This document shows positions 46,964 through 55,428 of a stretch of 64,000 nucleotides of DNA, piece by piece. Source of the DNA: a virus; the IMG/VR virus record IMGVR_UViG_3300035070_002905, positions 108,111 to 172,110 of that record; one strand, 5' to 3'. Made by a program: the position numbers and the translations under genes. Under the pieces are notes generated by a model. That model did not search any database. It was not told the origin of the DNA and saw only the letters and a list, made by a program, of their open reading frames with translations. Numbering within the stretch: the first letter of the stretch is position 1; each line of letters opens with the position of its first letter.

Positions 46964-46970
46964 TATTTTA
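46964..46970 (-). promoter_or_regulatory. Putative late promoter TAAAATA for portal/RNAP operon
   Basis: At the divergence point, about 45 bp upstream of the portal ATG. Confidence 0.65.
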
Positions 46971-46998
46971 CGATTTGTTCAACAATAGCCTGCCGATT

Positions 46999-47033
46999 TG
47001 TTATAAGTAATACGTAGGGATATACACTCTACG
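46999..47033 (+). promoter_or_regulatory. Putative early promoter TGTTATAAG + downstream hairpin
   Basis: TGTTATAAGTAATA-CGTAGGG-ATATACA-CTCTACG. Confidence 0.7.
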
Positions 47034-47056
47034 CTTTAAATATATAGTGTTCATCT

Positions 47057-47090
47057 TGTTATAAGTAAGATGTACAGGAGAATACTCTCC
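47057..47090 (+). promoter_or_regulatory. Second tandem early promoter + hairpin
   Basis: TGTTATAAGTAAGATGTACA-GGAG-AATACT-CTCC. Confidence 0.7.
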
Positions 47091-47119
47091 GTCCTAACAA
47101 AAATTATTGAGGTTACACC

Positions 47120-47377
47120 ATGCGCATTATCGATAACAACAACGCTCGTCTTGACATCACTGCTCCAACTGGTACTATCGCTGAGAACGGCGTAGTAGAA
47201 ATCGCTGCTCCAAAACGTACAATCACTGGCCTGCTTAGCGCCGCTGCTCTTTCAGTAGTAAGCAAGCTAGATCTTAAAGTTACACTTAACGGTATGGTCG
47301 GCAAGGCTCATAAAGTTGAGTTCAGCAGCGACGTATCTGAAGCAGATATCCGCACAGCACTAAACCTCGTCAACTAG
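47120..47377 (+). CDS. Hypothetical early protein
   Basis: GAGGT RBS; first gene after tandem promoters. Confidence 0.7.
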   Translation: MRIIDNNNARLDITAPTGTIAENGVVEIAAPKRTITGLLSAAALSVVSKLDLKVTLNGMVGKAHKVEFSSDVSEADIRTALNLVN

Positions 47378-47378
47378 C

Positions 47379-47612
47379 ATGATGACGGCTAAGGTGGCTG
47401 AAGCTGTACGTGCACTGGCCGGCACGACACACAAGTACAATACTTTCCGTAAGACTTGCCGCCAGGTAGGTCTTAACGGGGAGCACATTAGTAACTCCGA
47501 ACTGCGTGAGACTTTTGAGATGTGCAAGCGAAAGCAACCGCGCAAACGTATCGCTAACGTTAACCGATACGATATTAACAATTATGGTTCAAGAGGAATG
47601 ATCAAATGCTAA
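47379..47612 (+). CDS. Hypothetical basic protein
   Basis: Follows previous stop by 1 bp. Confidence 0.5.
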   Translation: MMTAKVAEAVRALAGTTHKYNTFRKTCRQVGLNGEHISNSELRETFEMCKRKQPRKRIANVNRYDINNYGSRGMIKC

Positions 47613-47734
47613 GAGCTACTTACCTCGTCTGCATTACAGTAATATGTCTCCTACCAGACGATGTCCAAGGGCTCTTAGCCGTATCTACATCGCTAGGTAT
47701 GCTGTACCAGTATAAACGTTCAACATTCGCATAA
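47606..47734 (+). CDS. Small hydrophobic peptide (42 aa, not in ORF track)
   Basis: GAGGA upstream; MLRATYLVCITVICLLPDDVQGLLAVSTSLGMLYQYKRSTFA. Confidence 0.4.
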   Translation: MLRATYLVCITVICLLPDDVQGLLAVSTSLGMLYQYKRSTFA

Positions 47735-47739
47735 CTTTA

Positions 47740-47773
47740 TGCTATAAGTAATGTGTACCGAGGATTACTCCTC
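47740..47773 (+). promoter_or_regulatory. Putative early promoter (TGCTATAAG) + hairpin
   Basis: TGCTATAAGTAATGTGTACC-GAGG-ATTACT-CCTC. Confidence 0.6.
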
Positions 47774-47830
47774 ACATTAAACCTATGGGTTGCCGGTCCC
47801 TCCACCGGTATCTTAAAGAAGGAAAGACTC

Positions 47831-48088
47831 ATGTCTCAGAAAACAGCAATGACTAACGAACAACTTACTGTAGCAATCCAACAGCTTCAGGAAGGTCAGC
47901 AACAAATCGCTGATGCCCTTACTCAGGGCGCGCCGGCTACTCGTAAAGTAGCAAGCTTCTTCGGAAAGCACAAGACGAAAATCCTTGCAGCCATTGGTGT
48001 GGTTGCAGCGGGCGGTCTAGGCTATGCCGGTTACAATCAGGTTTCTAACAAATCTGAAACTCCTCTTCTTGAGGATGTAGCCGAGTAG
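47831..48088 (+). CDS. Small single-TM protein
   Basis: AAGGA RBS before MSQKT; ILAAIGVVAAGGLGYAGY TM segment. Confidence 0.65.
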   Translation: MSQKTAMTNEQLTVAIQQLQEGQQQIADALTQGAPATRKVASFFGKHKTKILAAIGVVAAGGLGYAGYNQVSNKSETPLLEDVAE

Positions 48089-48103
48089 AGTCTGGGCTGC
48101 CCT

Positions 48104-48126
48104 GGGCCTCCGGGCCCTTTTTCTTT
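48104..48126 (+). terminator. Intrinsic terminator
   Basis: GGGCC-TCCG-GGCCC-TTTTTCTTT. Confidence 0.75.
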
Positions 48127-48152
48127 CGCTATACCTTTATTGGAGTACTACC

Positions 48153-48677
48153 ATGGAATTAGCATTAAAACAAGCACGTCGCTTAGACATCGCTCTACGT
48201 AACTTGACTATCGAAGGTCAGACTGCGGAAGTTCGTAAGTACGACCGCCAGACTATCGTCGGTGATCTTGATGCAGGTGGTGAAAGCCTGTCCCGTAACA
48301 TCCTAGATGTAATGATCTTAAACGATATCCGTTATCAGATCCGTCATCTAATCAACTACGCTAACATGGAGACCGGCGTAAGCGAACTTCTTAACGAACG
48401 TGACCGTCTGACTCGTGACCTAGAGATCTACAGCAAGCTAGGCCGCGTCGATAGCACGGAAGATCAGCTTCGCTTCGTAGGCTCTAACTTCGATACTAAT
48501 ACCGTGCGCCTAAGCGTTGTACGCCAGGAGCATCGTACTAATGTCGACAAGGAAGTGGCTACCGCTAAGCACCGTCTAGAAGAAATCTCTGCAGAGCTTA
48601 ACCAGCTTAACGAGACGGCAGTAATCGAGCTAGACGATGATGATGTAGCTATGTTAAAACACTACAACTATCTATAG
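48153..48677 (+). CDS. Hypothetical coiled-coil protein
   Basis: GGAG RBS; helical heptad pattern. Confidence 0.7.
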   Translation: MELALKQARRLDIALRNLTIEGQTAEVRKYDRQTIVGDLDAGGESLSRNILDVMILNDIRYQIRHLINYANMETGVSELLNERDRLTRDLEIYSKLGRVDSTEDQLRFVGSNFDTNTVRLSVVRQEHRTNVDKEVATAKHRLEEISAELNQLNETAVIELDDDDVAMLKHYNYL

Positions 48678-48684
48678 GTCCCCT

Positions 48685-48819
48685 ATGAAGAAGATACGAA
48701 ACTGGCTGGCGATCCTACTCGCCGCCTGGGTCGTACTGATGTACATTAGCTGGCACGTCTGGCCTTATGTACTAGGTACAGTAATTGCGTACGTAATCTA
48801 TAAACTTTGGAGTAAATAA
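48685..48819 (+). CDS. Small membrane peptide (44 aa, not in ORF track)
   Basis: MKKIRNWLAILLAAWVVLMYISWHVWPYVLGTVIAYVIYKLWSK; stop lies 2 bp before next ATG. Confidence 0.55.
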   Translation: MKKIRNWLAILLAAWVVLMYISWHVWPYVLGTVIAYVIYKLWSK

Positions 48820-48821
48820 AT

Positions 48822-49268
48822 ATGTTCGATCTATTCGGATTCTGGTTTGGTGTAACCGTATTATCAGCACCTATGCTAATTCTTGGCTTGATCCTATCGC
48901 TGGCTCTAGCCGATCTATTGGTTAAAGACATGAGCCGTGGTCGTATGGACGGCTGCAGTCATCTGTTCCCGGGCAGCAGTACTCTGCAGGCTATCCTGAA
49001 GGACTTCGGTAAAGGTGCCAAAGGCTTCTTCGAGATCCTGGTACTATTCGTAAGTGCGTTCTTCTGGGTGATGTGGTTATTCGCATGGATTAAGCATGAT
49101 ATTACCATGGTTAAATTCGTAAGCCGAGCTGCAGAAGGCCTAGCGCCATACCTAGGTTGGGTTGGTGCAGTAGTAGTTCCTGTGTTCTTGATTCGCGTAG
49201 TTGGTCGTAAGATGTTCGATGCGTACTACAAAGTTGAAACAATCCTGGCTGATAAGGAAGGTAAATAA
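48822..49268 (+). CDS. MFDLxGFW-family membrane protein, copy 1
   Basis: 3-4 hydrophobic helices; shared N-terminus and ExLAPxxxWxG motif. Confidence 0.8.
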   Translation: MFDLFGFWFGVTVLSAPMLILGLILSLALADLLVKDMSRGRMDGCSHLFPGSSTLQAILKDFGKGAKGFFEILVLFVSAFFWVMWLFAWIKHDITMVKFVSRAAEGLAPYLGWVGAVVVPVFLIRVVGRKMFDAYYKVETILADKEGK

Positions 49269-49690
49269 TGTTAGATCTATTAGGTTTCTGGACTGCGGTA
49301 ACTGTCTTCACCCTACCGGTGCTGTTCCTATTCAGTATCGTTATGATTATCGTAACTAACTGTACGGTACATTGGGCTACTCGTGGTCGCTGTCAAGACT
49401 TCTGCTGCAAGGTTCCAGTTCTAAACAAAGTGATCGCCTGGATCGAAGCGAGTAACGACGGCCTATTCACGCTGGTCTTCTGCCTAGGTGTAGCAGAAGT
49501 AATCATGGGGCTGGTCATTTCAGTAGATAATGGTATCTCTGTAGTGCAGCTAGTGGCTGTCCTATCAGAAGCTACTGCTCCGTTCTTCTCGTGGATCGGT
49601 ATCCTAGCTCTATTCGTCATTGCTATTCGTGTAGTCTCAGATGCATACTACAAGATTGCAGATAAGCTTGAAAAGTTGGAGAGTAAGTAA
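49268..49690 (+). CDS. MFDLxGFW-family membrane protein, copy 2
   Basis: TAATG coupling; paralogous motifs. Confidence 0.8.
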   Translation: MLDLLGFWTAVTVFTLPVLFLFSIVMIIVTNCTVHWATRGRCQDFCCKVPVLNKVIAWIEASNDGLFTLVFCLGVAEVIMGLVISVDNGISVVQLVAVLSEATAPFFSWIGILALFVIAIRVVSDAYYKIADKLEKLESK

Positions 49691-50112
49691 TGTTTGATCT
49701 ATTAGGTTTCTGGACTGCGGTAACTCTACTTACTGGTCCTACTCTAATCATATCTATGGCACTCCTAGCGCTTGCTCTTAACGGAGCAGGTGGCTGGATT
49801 ACCCGTGGTCGCTGCGAGAATCTAGGTGAGAGCCTGCCTATCCTAAAGCAGTTCTGTAAGGGGTTAGATGATGCGCCAGAGCCGCTAGGCATGGCTATAA
49901 TCATAGTAGGCGTGGTCTTCGGGCTTGTCCTCGGGCTTGTCGCTGTAAATGCTGGCCTCAGTCTAGTGCACATCGTGTCTACTCTAGCGGAAGCTCTGGC
50001 TCCGTACTTCGGATGGATCGGTGTGGTTATCCTAGTATCGTTCGGTGCACGTGCCGTGTCTGATGCTTACTACAAAATCGCTACTAAACTTGAAAACTTG
50101 GAGAATAAATAA
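49690..50112 (+). CDS. MFDLxGFW-family membrane protein, copy 3
   Basis: TAATG coupling; paralogous motifs. Confidence 0.8.
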   Translation: MFDLLGFWTAVTLLTGPTLIISMALLALALNGAGGWITRGRCENLGESLPILKQFCKGLDDAPEPLGMAIIIVGVVFGLVLGLVAVNAGLSLVHIVSTLAEALAPYFGWIGVVILVSFGARAVSDAYYKIATKLENLENK

Positions 50113-50534
50113 TGTTAGATCTATTTGCATTCTGGACAAACACTACAATCATGATTATCCCGGTACTAATCTGCTGGAGCGTAATCGTAGTATCCTTCTT
50201 CGACTGGCGCATCGACTGCATTACCGACGGTAAGCACAAGAAGTTCCTGTACAACCGTATCCCTGGTATGAAGTCGGCTGACCAATGGATGTGTCAGAAC
50301 GACGGCCTAGGCTTCATCGTATTCCTGATCTGTGTTGCAGCAGGCTTCGGTCTACCGGTCTCGGCGTTCATGCTAGATACTTCAATGGTGCATATCATTG
50401 CTACTCTAGCCGAGTGGTCTGCACCGTACACTGCATGGGTTGACATCGTGTTAGTGGCATGGTTTAGTGTTGAAGTTGTACTTAAGCGACTAATCTCGCT
50501 TATCGATCGTATCGAAAACTTGGAGAATAAGTAA
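50112..50534 (+). CDS. MFDLxGFW-family membrane protein, copy 4
   Basis: TAATG coupling; paralogous motifs. Confidence 0.8.
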   Translation: MLDLFAFWTNTTIMIIPVLICWSVIVVSFFDWRIDCITDGKHKKFLYNRIPGMKSADQWMCQNDGLGFIVFLICVAAGFGLPVSAFMLDTSMVHIIATLAEWSAPYTAWVDIVLVAWFSVEVVLKRLISLIDRIENLENK

Positions 50535-50959
50535 TGTTTGATCTATTAGGTTTCTGGACTACTCTAACTCTACTAGTTGCACCTGTATTCTGGGTGGCAG
50601 GCGCGATCGTCGTAAGTCTGGTCGACTGGGAAGTGGGTCGTATCTCTAACGGTAAGACTACTAACTTCACCGATCGATTCGACTTCCTAGATATCTTCAA
50701 GCATAACCTGTTCCTGCTTCCGATACAGCGTGGTTTTCCGCTAGTACTCTGGACAGCTGCGTCGCTGGTCATGCTTCTGGTCTCTGTTATTGCATACCTG
50801 GAAGACGGTTACTACATCGTCCATATGTATGCAGGTCTATCAGAGCTACTGGCTCCGGTATTCGGCTGGGTCGGTCTACTGCTAGGTGGCTACTTCCTAG
50901 TGCACTTCGTGCTTAAGAAGATGTACACGTTGAGCGAAAAGATTGATCGCTTAAGCTAG
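50534..50959 (+). CDS. MFDLxGFW-family membrane protein, copy 5
   Basis: TAATG coupling; paralogous motifs. Confidence 0.8.
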   Translation: MFDLLGFWTTLTLLVAPVFWVAGAIVVSLVDWEVGRISNGKTTNFTDRFDFLDIFKHNLFLLPIQRGFPLVLWTAASLVMLLVSVIAYLEDGYYIVHMYAGLSELLAPVFGWVGLLLGGYFLVHFVLKKMYTLSEKIDRLS

Positions 50960-50998
50960 TCCTTCGGGACTAGCAAAGAGTCCTTCGGGGCTCTTTTT
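50955..50998 (+). terminator. Tandem UUCG hairpins; the second is an intrinsic terminator
   Basis: GCTAGTCC-TTCG-GGACTAGC then AAAGAGTCC-TTCG-GGGCTCTTTTT. Confidence 0.85.
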
Positions 50999-51001
50999 AG
51001 C

Positions 51002-51008
51002 TAAAATA
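51002..51008 (+). promoter_or_regulatory. Putative late promoter TAAAATA
   Basis: 3 bp after terminator U-tract; upstream of 61-aa ORF. Confidence 0.55.
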
Positions 51009-51039
51009 GAAGGGTATACTTAGAGAAATCGGAGGAAGG

Positions 51040-51225
51040 ATGAAGTATAGTGAACTGGCGCAGACGGCGCTTAAGCATGCAGAACACAGAAAGATATTCG
51101 TTGCAGAGGTATCATCACTGCAGGAAATTAACCGTGCGATTAAGAAGGGAGTTACAAAAGAAAAACGCCAGGCTCTCGAGGAGGCTGGCGTTAGATATGC
51201 TAAGGCTATCTTAGCGAAAGGGTAG
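51040..51225 (+). CDS. Small basic hypothetical protein
   Basis: GGAGGAAGG RBS. Confidence 0.55.
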   Translation: MKYSELAQTALKHAEHRKIFVAEVSSLQEINRAIKKGVTKEKRQALEEAGVRYAKAILAKG

Positions 51226-52123
51226 CTTGTCGGATGCGTACAGCGGCTTGGCTATCGCCGGTACTGACTACTTCAGATAGAGTAATCGATCCGGCTGCTG
51301 CATCTGCCGTCCAGTCAAACTGGTTGACACCTTGCAGGAATACTTCGATACTACCTGGATCGGTAAGATCGATAGGGTCTGCTCCGCCACCTACTTGGAT
51401 TGGCACGTTGCTAGAGCCTGCAGGTACGGTAACGATCTGCGTATTGTACTTCACGGTAGACTGTCCGATATCAGCAGCCTGAACGGTAGTCTTCATGTTA
51501 TACAGAGCGATGGTCGCATCGTCTAGGCTAGCCGCACCGAAAGGTACAGTTACCGCCATAAGGATGATCGTATTGCCATCTAGCGCAGGTGGAATCGGTG
51601 GAGTGCCTACTGCATGATATGTAGCCTGACTAGCAATCTCTGCAACCCATACCGGCGAGTTAGCCGTAGGTACGAAGTCAGATGCTGTAGGTGCACGGCG
51701 TGTAGCTAGTACGAAGTACGTAGCATCCTGTGCGTTACTCGGAGGCGGAATCATTTGGAATGTATCTGCCTGATCGTGTACTGCCAGATTAGGTACATCG
51801 ATACCGCGGGCGCCGTCTAGGATCAACCAAGTACCGAAGCCGTAAGCATGAGTCAGCGAGAAGCCTACGTAAGAGTAGTCGCCGATGTACGAACCAGGAC
51901 CGTATAGAGAGTTGCCTGCACCGGTAAGTGCGTAACCTGCAGAAGCAGCTGCCAGAGCAGAACGGTTTGCACCGCCGGTAAAATCATCTACTGCCTGTGC
52001 GACTAACTGTACGTTATTGTCTAGGTTTTGTAGAGGACGGTTATCAACCGTATAGTAGTAAGGGTCCAGAGCGGTGTAGTATTCTACAGCCTCTAGATCC
52101 TCAAAAACTTTTGTATTTGCCAT
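51206..52123 (-). CDS. Virion structural protein (isolated late gene)
   Basis: AAAGGA RBS before MANTK; YYTVDNRPL.NL..N N-terminus; C-terminal VFLQGV.Q..W...GSITL module; TAAAATA upstream. Confidence 0.6.
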   Translation of the reverse strand: MANTKVFEDLEAVEYYTALDPYYYTVDNRPLQNLDNNVQLVAQAVDDFTGGANRSALAAASAGYALTGAGNSLYGPGSYIGDYSYVGFSLTHAYGFGTWLILDGARGIDVPNLAVHDQADTFQMIPPPSNAQDATYFVLATRRAPTASDFVPTANSPVWVAEIASQATYHAVGTPPIPPALDGNTIILMAVTVPFGAASLDDATIALYNMKTTVQAADIGQSTVKYNTQIVTVPAGSSNVPIQVGGGADPIDLTDPGSIEVFLQGVNQFDWTADAAAGSITLSEVVSTGDSQAAVRIRQATLSLR

Positions 52124-52156
52124 TAGGAATTTTCCTTTTGTGTGAACGTTCAAGGA

Positions 52157-52163
52157 TATTTTA
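52157..52163 (-). promoter_or_regulatory. Putative late promoter TAAAATA
   Basis: About 34 bp upstream of the MANTK start. Confidence 0.6.
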
Positions 52164-52164
52164 C

Positions 52165-54018
52165 ATGGAAATAAAAGGATTTAACGAGGACTACTTCAGT
52201 ATAGTCCCAGAGGGAGCTACCGAAAGTAACGCTTTAAAGCGATTCCCAGGCTTCCTACGTTCCAGAGGAAACTTCTTATTCCCCAAGAAGCCTACTCAGG
52301 TACGTAATATTATAGAGCGTCTGAAGAGATCTTATAAGAAGCCGATCGATTGTACCAAAGAGTTAGTCGATTGCATGCGCACCGAAGAAAAGCTAAAAGA
52401 AATCCCCGAGGGTTTTCCATGGATAAACAAACCGTATCCACACCAGGAGCTGGCACTCAGGTTCCTCTATACCCACGGCTCTGCCGGATTGCTTCTAGAG
52501 CCTGGGCTCGGTAAGACGTTCGTAGTACTGAACTACATCTACCTGATGAAGTTCAAGAAGAGCATCATCGTGTGTCCTAAGGCTCTCTGCTTTGTATGGG
52601 AGGATGAGGTAGCCGAGCACCGTCCGGAACTCTCGGTACACGTAATGGAGTCGACGACATGGGAGAGTAAGATAGCGAATGCCGAGGCACGTGCCGTTAA
52701 GTGGCGTGAGAAGCTCGCTGAGGCCGAGGAAGGCACTAAGGCATACAATCAGGCGCGTACAAATGTACGTTCGGCAGAGCGCGATCTAGAGCGTCTCCCG
52801 GGCATGCGTGATGCTGATTACGAGAAGGCCGATGCTGCAGATGTAGTCGTAATGAATTACGAGAAGGCAGTACCGGGATTGGATTGGGCGCTTAAGCAGA
52901 AGTTTGATTTCATTGCAGTTGACGAGGGACTGATAAAAGATCCTTCTACTAAGCGTACTAAAGCCATCGAGAAACTCGGTCAGTCTATTCCACACCGTAC
53001 GATCATGTCGGGTACCCTCATTAACAATAGTCCGTTAGACATCTTTGCACCGGTACGATTCCTCGCCCCGGCTCTGGTTAGTACGGCCTACGGTAGGTTC
53101 GAACACTACTACGCTAAGATGGCTAAGCTACGTGATGGACGTCAGTTCGTCGCCGGAGTCAGCCGGGTTAACACCGATGAGATCCGTGATATACTAGCGG
53201 CGTGCTCTATCGTGATGACTAAGGATGAGTGGCTGGACCTACCCGAGAAGAATTTCCATACGATTCAAGTACCTATGACCGAACCTCAACGTAATATCTA
53301 CGAGGACCTGGCGGCTAACTTAATCGCTAAGGTCGGAGATGACTTCATCGAGGTAGACAGTCCGCTGACCCTGGCCGGTAAACTGAACCAGATCAGTAAT
53401 GGCTTTGCCTATATGTACGAGCAAGAGGAAGACGATTGGTTCGCCATGGCGGTTCCCGAGAGTAAGGGTACTCGTGAGACGGTCTGGATTGATAGCAATA
53501 AGAAGGATGCATTGAAGAGCCTGCTAGAGGACGATTGTAAGGGCAAGAAGTTAATCCTCTGGTACAATCTTACAGCCGAGTACAATCAGATTGTAGATGC
53601 ACTCGAGGAGATGGGTATAGAATACCTAGCTATTAAAGGAGGTAGTAAGGATACCGGCGGTACAGTCCGTAAGTTCAACGGCTCGGGTACTCATCAGGTC
53701 TTAGTCTGTCAGAGTCAGGCGGTTAACTATGGTATCACGGTACTAGGTAAGGATCCGGACTCACTGGATAAAGACGTTCCGCTCCTGCCTGACTTCGATA
53801 CTCGATGTCATACGCAGATCTTCTGGTCTATCTCGTGGTCGCTGGAGAGATTCCTACAGCAGCAGGACAGGATACATCGTATCGGTCAGCAGGAAGACTG
53901 TGACTACTATGTGCTACTTACTGAGGGTAGTATAGAGGAGGGGATTTACGAGCGGCTAGGCGAAAAGAAAGAGATCAATGAAGCTATCCTGGTTGATATC
54001 ATAAAGTCAATTTCGTAG
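52165..54018 (+). CDS. SNF2/SF2-family helicase
   Basis: PYPHQ, LEPGLGKT, IIVCPK, AVDEG, MSGT, GIT, QQQDRIHRIGQ; AAGGA RBS before ATG 52165. Confidence 0.9.
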   Translation: MEIKGFNEDYFSIVPEGATESNALKRFPGFLRSRGNFLFPKKPTQVRNIIERLKRSYKKPIDCTKELVDCMRTEEKLKEIPEGFPWINKPYPHQELALRFLYTHGSAGLLLEPGLGKTFVVLNYIYLMKFKKSIIVCPKALCFVWEDEVAEHRPELSVHVMESTTWESKIANAEARAVKWREKLAEAEEGTKAYNQARTNVRSAERDLERLPGMRDADYEKADAADVVVMNYEKAVPGLDWALKQKFDFIAVDEGLIKDPSTKRTKAIEKLGQSIPHRTIMSGTLINNSPLDIFAPVRFLAPALVSTAYGRFEHYYAKMAKLRDGRQFVAGVSRVNTDEIRDILAACSIVMTKDEWLDLPEKNFHTIQVPMTEPQRNIYEDLAANLIAKVGDDFIEVDSPLTLAGKLNQISNGFAYMYEQEEDDWFAMAVPESKGTRETVWIDSNKKDALKSLLEDDCKGKKLILWYNLTAEYNQIVDALEEMGIEYLAIKGGSKDTGGTVRKFNGSGTHQVLVCQSQAVNYGITVLGKDPDSLDKDVPLLPDFDTRCHTQIFWSISWSLERFLQQQDRIHRIGQQEDCDYYVLLTEGSIEEGIYERLGEKKEINEAILVDIIKSIS

Positions 54019-54026
54019 CGGAGAAT

Positions 54027-54063
54027 TGTTATAAGTAAGTTGTAGGGAGATATACTGTCTCCC
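54027..54063 (+). promoter_or_regulatory. Putative early promoter + hairpin
   Basis: TGTTATAAGTAAGTTGTA-GGGAGA-TATACTG-TCTCCC. Confidence 0.7.
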
Positions 54064-54083
54064 ATAACTTAAAGGTAATAATT

Positions 54084-54527
54084 ATGTTTGATCTATTCGG
54101 TTTCTGGTCTGCTGTTTCTATGATGACTGTAGCTCCTATGCTACTGTGCTATTATGGGATAGTTCAGTTCGTTCGACTGGAATGTATGCTGATTACTAAA
54201 GGTGAGCGTGACGATTGGCATAGTAAGATGTGGATGGGTAAACAGATAGAGCAGGGTATCGACGACTTTCTGTTCAACCTACCGTACGCATCGTATGCAA
54301 TAGTAGTTCCGTCGGCTATGCTAAACATACTAGTAGTAATGGGCTGGTTATTTAGTGATATCGATATGACATGGGTACAATGTGTTGCTAAACTATCTGA
54401 AGATCTAGCTCCACTATTCGGTTGGGTATTCGCAGTAGCTGGTCCAGTGATCCTGTTCCACATTGTAGCTCAGAAGATGTACGCCCTATCTAAAAAAGTG
54501 GACAAAGCTCTTGAAGCTAAAAATTAA
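54084..54527 (+). CDS. MFDLxGFW-family membrane protein, copy 6 (stand-alone)
   Basis: MFDLFGFW start; LSEDLAPLFGW; has its own promoter. Confidence 0.8.
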   Translation: MFDLFGFWSAVSMMTVAPMLLCYYGIVQFVRLECMLITKGERDDWHSKMWMGKQIEQGIDDFLFNLPYASYAIVVPSAMLNILVVMGWLFSDIDMTWVQCVAKLSEDLAPLFGWVFAVAGPVILFHIVAQKMYALSKKVDKALEAKN

Positions 54528-54538
54528 TTGGAACTGGG

Positions 54539-54565
54539 GTGGCTTCCCCAATGGAGGGAAGCCAC
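54539..54565. terminator. Stem-loop between convergent genes
   Basis: GTGGCTTCCC-N7-GGGAAGCCAC. Confidence 0.6.
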
Positions 54566-54571
54566 GTTCTA

Positions 54572-55342
54572 CTAAACCAGTTCGTCCTGTAAGACCTCGA
54601 ACGCACGATCTTTAAGATCCTTCAAGTATTGGCGAGTAAGCTCCGGCTTCTCGTCAATAATTTGAGCGTAAGATTTCTTTTTTCCATCATCCGTAAGACC
54701 GTAGAGATCCTTAATGATTTCTGCCTCATCTCCAAAGGTATCTACTACATCGTACATACGATCAAGTAGAATCTCATAGTCAGCCTGACCCATCCCATCG
54801 ATGACCGGAATGTCATCCTCGTTTACACAGTCAAGGTAGAACGTTAGGAATGCCGTTTGACTCAGTTCGTTAAGATCCTTCTTGCTAGCATCCGGAAACT
54901 CTGCCTGTAGTTGAGCCATCGTAGGCTCGCGACCTAACTCCTCTTTGAACTTACGGATCTTAACAGATAGCTGCTGCTTCTGTGTCGGTAGGGCTACCAG
55001 ACGGAATTCACTCATAGCTTTCATCTGGCGCTGGTACACCCACCAGCCTGCGTACGTTAGGAAGCGCATGCCGGTAGAGTTATCAAACTTGTCCAGGCCT
55101 ACTAGAAGTCCCTCGTTACCTGCAGAGATCAGTTCGATGAACTGTTCGATATCACCGTTGCTCAATTTTTTAGCCTGCTTAAAGACGAAGCGTAGGTTGC
55201 TCGCGATTAACTGGCTCTTGGCACGTGCTCGATCGATCGACGGTGCGTCCTCATCGAAAAAGATATCTAAGAGTGCAGCCTCTTCTTCTTTCGATAGGAT
55301 TGGATGCTCGCAGATCTCAGAGTAGTACTTGCTTAGGTCCAT
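54572..55342 (-). CDS. Sigma70-family RNA polymerase sigma factor
   Basis: Region 1.2 (Y..EI...PILS.EEE); region 2 (LI.SNLRFV...AKK, LI..GN.GL...DKFD...G.RF.TYA.WW); region 3 (LGREPT); divergent region 4. Confidence 0.92.
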   Translation of the reverse strand: MDLSKYYSEICEHPILSKEEEAALLDIFFDEDAPSIDRARAKSQLIASNLRFVFKQAKKLSNGDIEQFIELISAGNEGLLVGLDKFDNSTGMRFLTYAGWWVYQRQMKAMSEFRLVALPTQKQQLSVKIRKFKEELGREPTMAQLQAEFPDASKKDLNELSQTAFLTFYLDCVNEDDIPVIDGMGQADYEILLDRMYDVVDTFGDEAEIIKDLYGLTDDGKKKSYAQIIDEKPELTRQYLKDLKDRAFEVLQDELV

Positions 55343-55366
55343 GTGTTCTCCTTTGTGTTAAAATGT

Positions 55367-55388
55367 CCCCTTCATTTAGATTATAACA
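55367..55388 (-). promoter_or_regulatory. Putative early-type promoter of sigma gene (TGTTATAAT)
   Basis: Minus strand reads TGTTATAATCTAAATGAAGGGG. Confidence 0.6.
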
Positions 55389-55428
55389 TAGCGAGAAATC
55401 TTATTGAAGAGGGGGTACCCCTATTGAT

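Noticed and set aside
46919-47119. tRNA or structured ncRNA in the larger intergenic gaps
   Set aside because: No cloverleaf or T-loop consensus seen; the hairpins are explained by promoter-associated elements. A tRNAscan/Infernal run would be needed to exclude this fully.
48822-50959. CRISPR array or integron suggested by regular repeats, with a Cas4-like gene at 57382
   Set aside because: Period is 422 bp and the repeats are coding junctions; no cas1/cas2, integrase or attC-like palindromes; solo Cas4-like nucleases are common in phage replication clusters.
51997-52164. N-terminal 56-aa extension of the helicase in the ORF track
   Set aside because: Overlaps the opposite-strand gene; a good RBS precedes ATG 52165.
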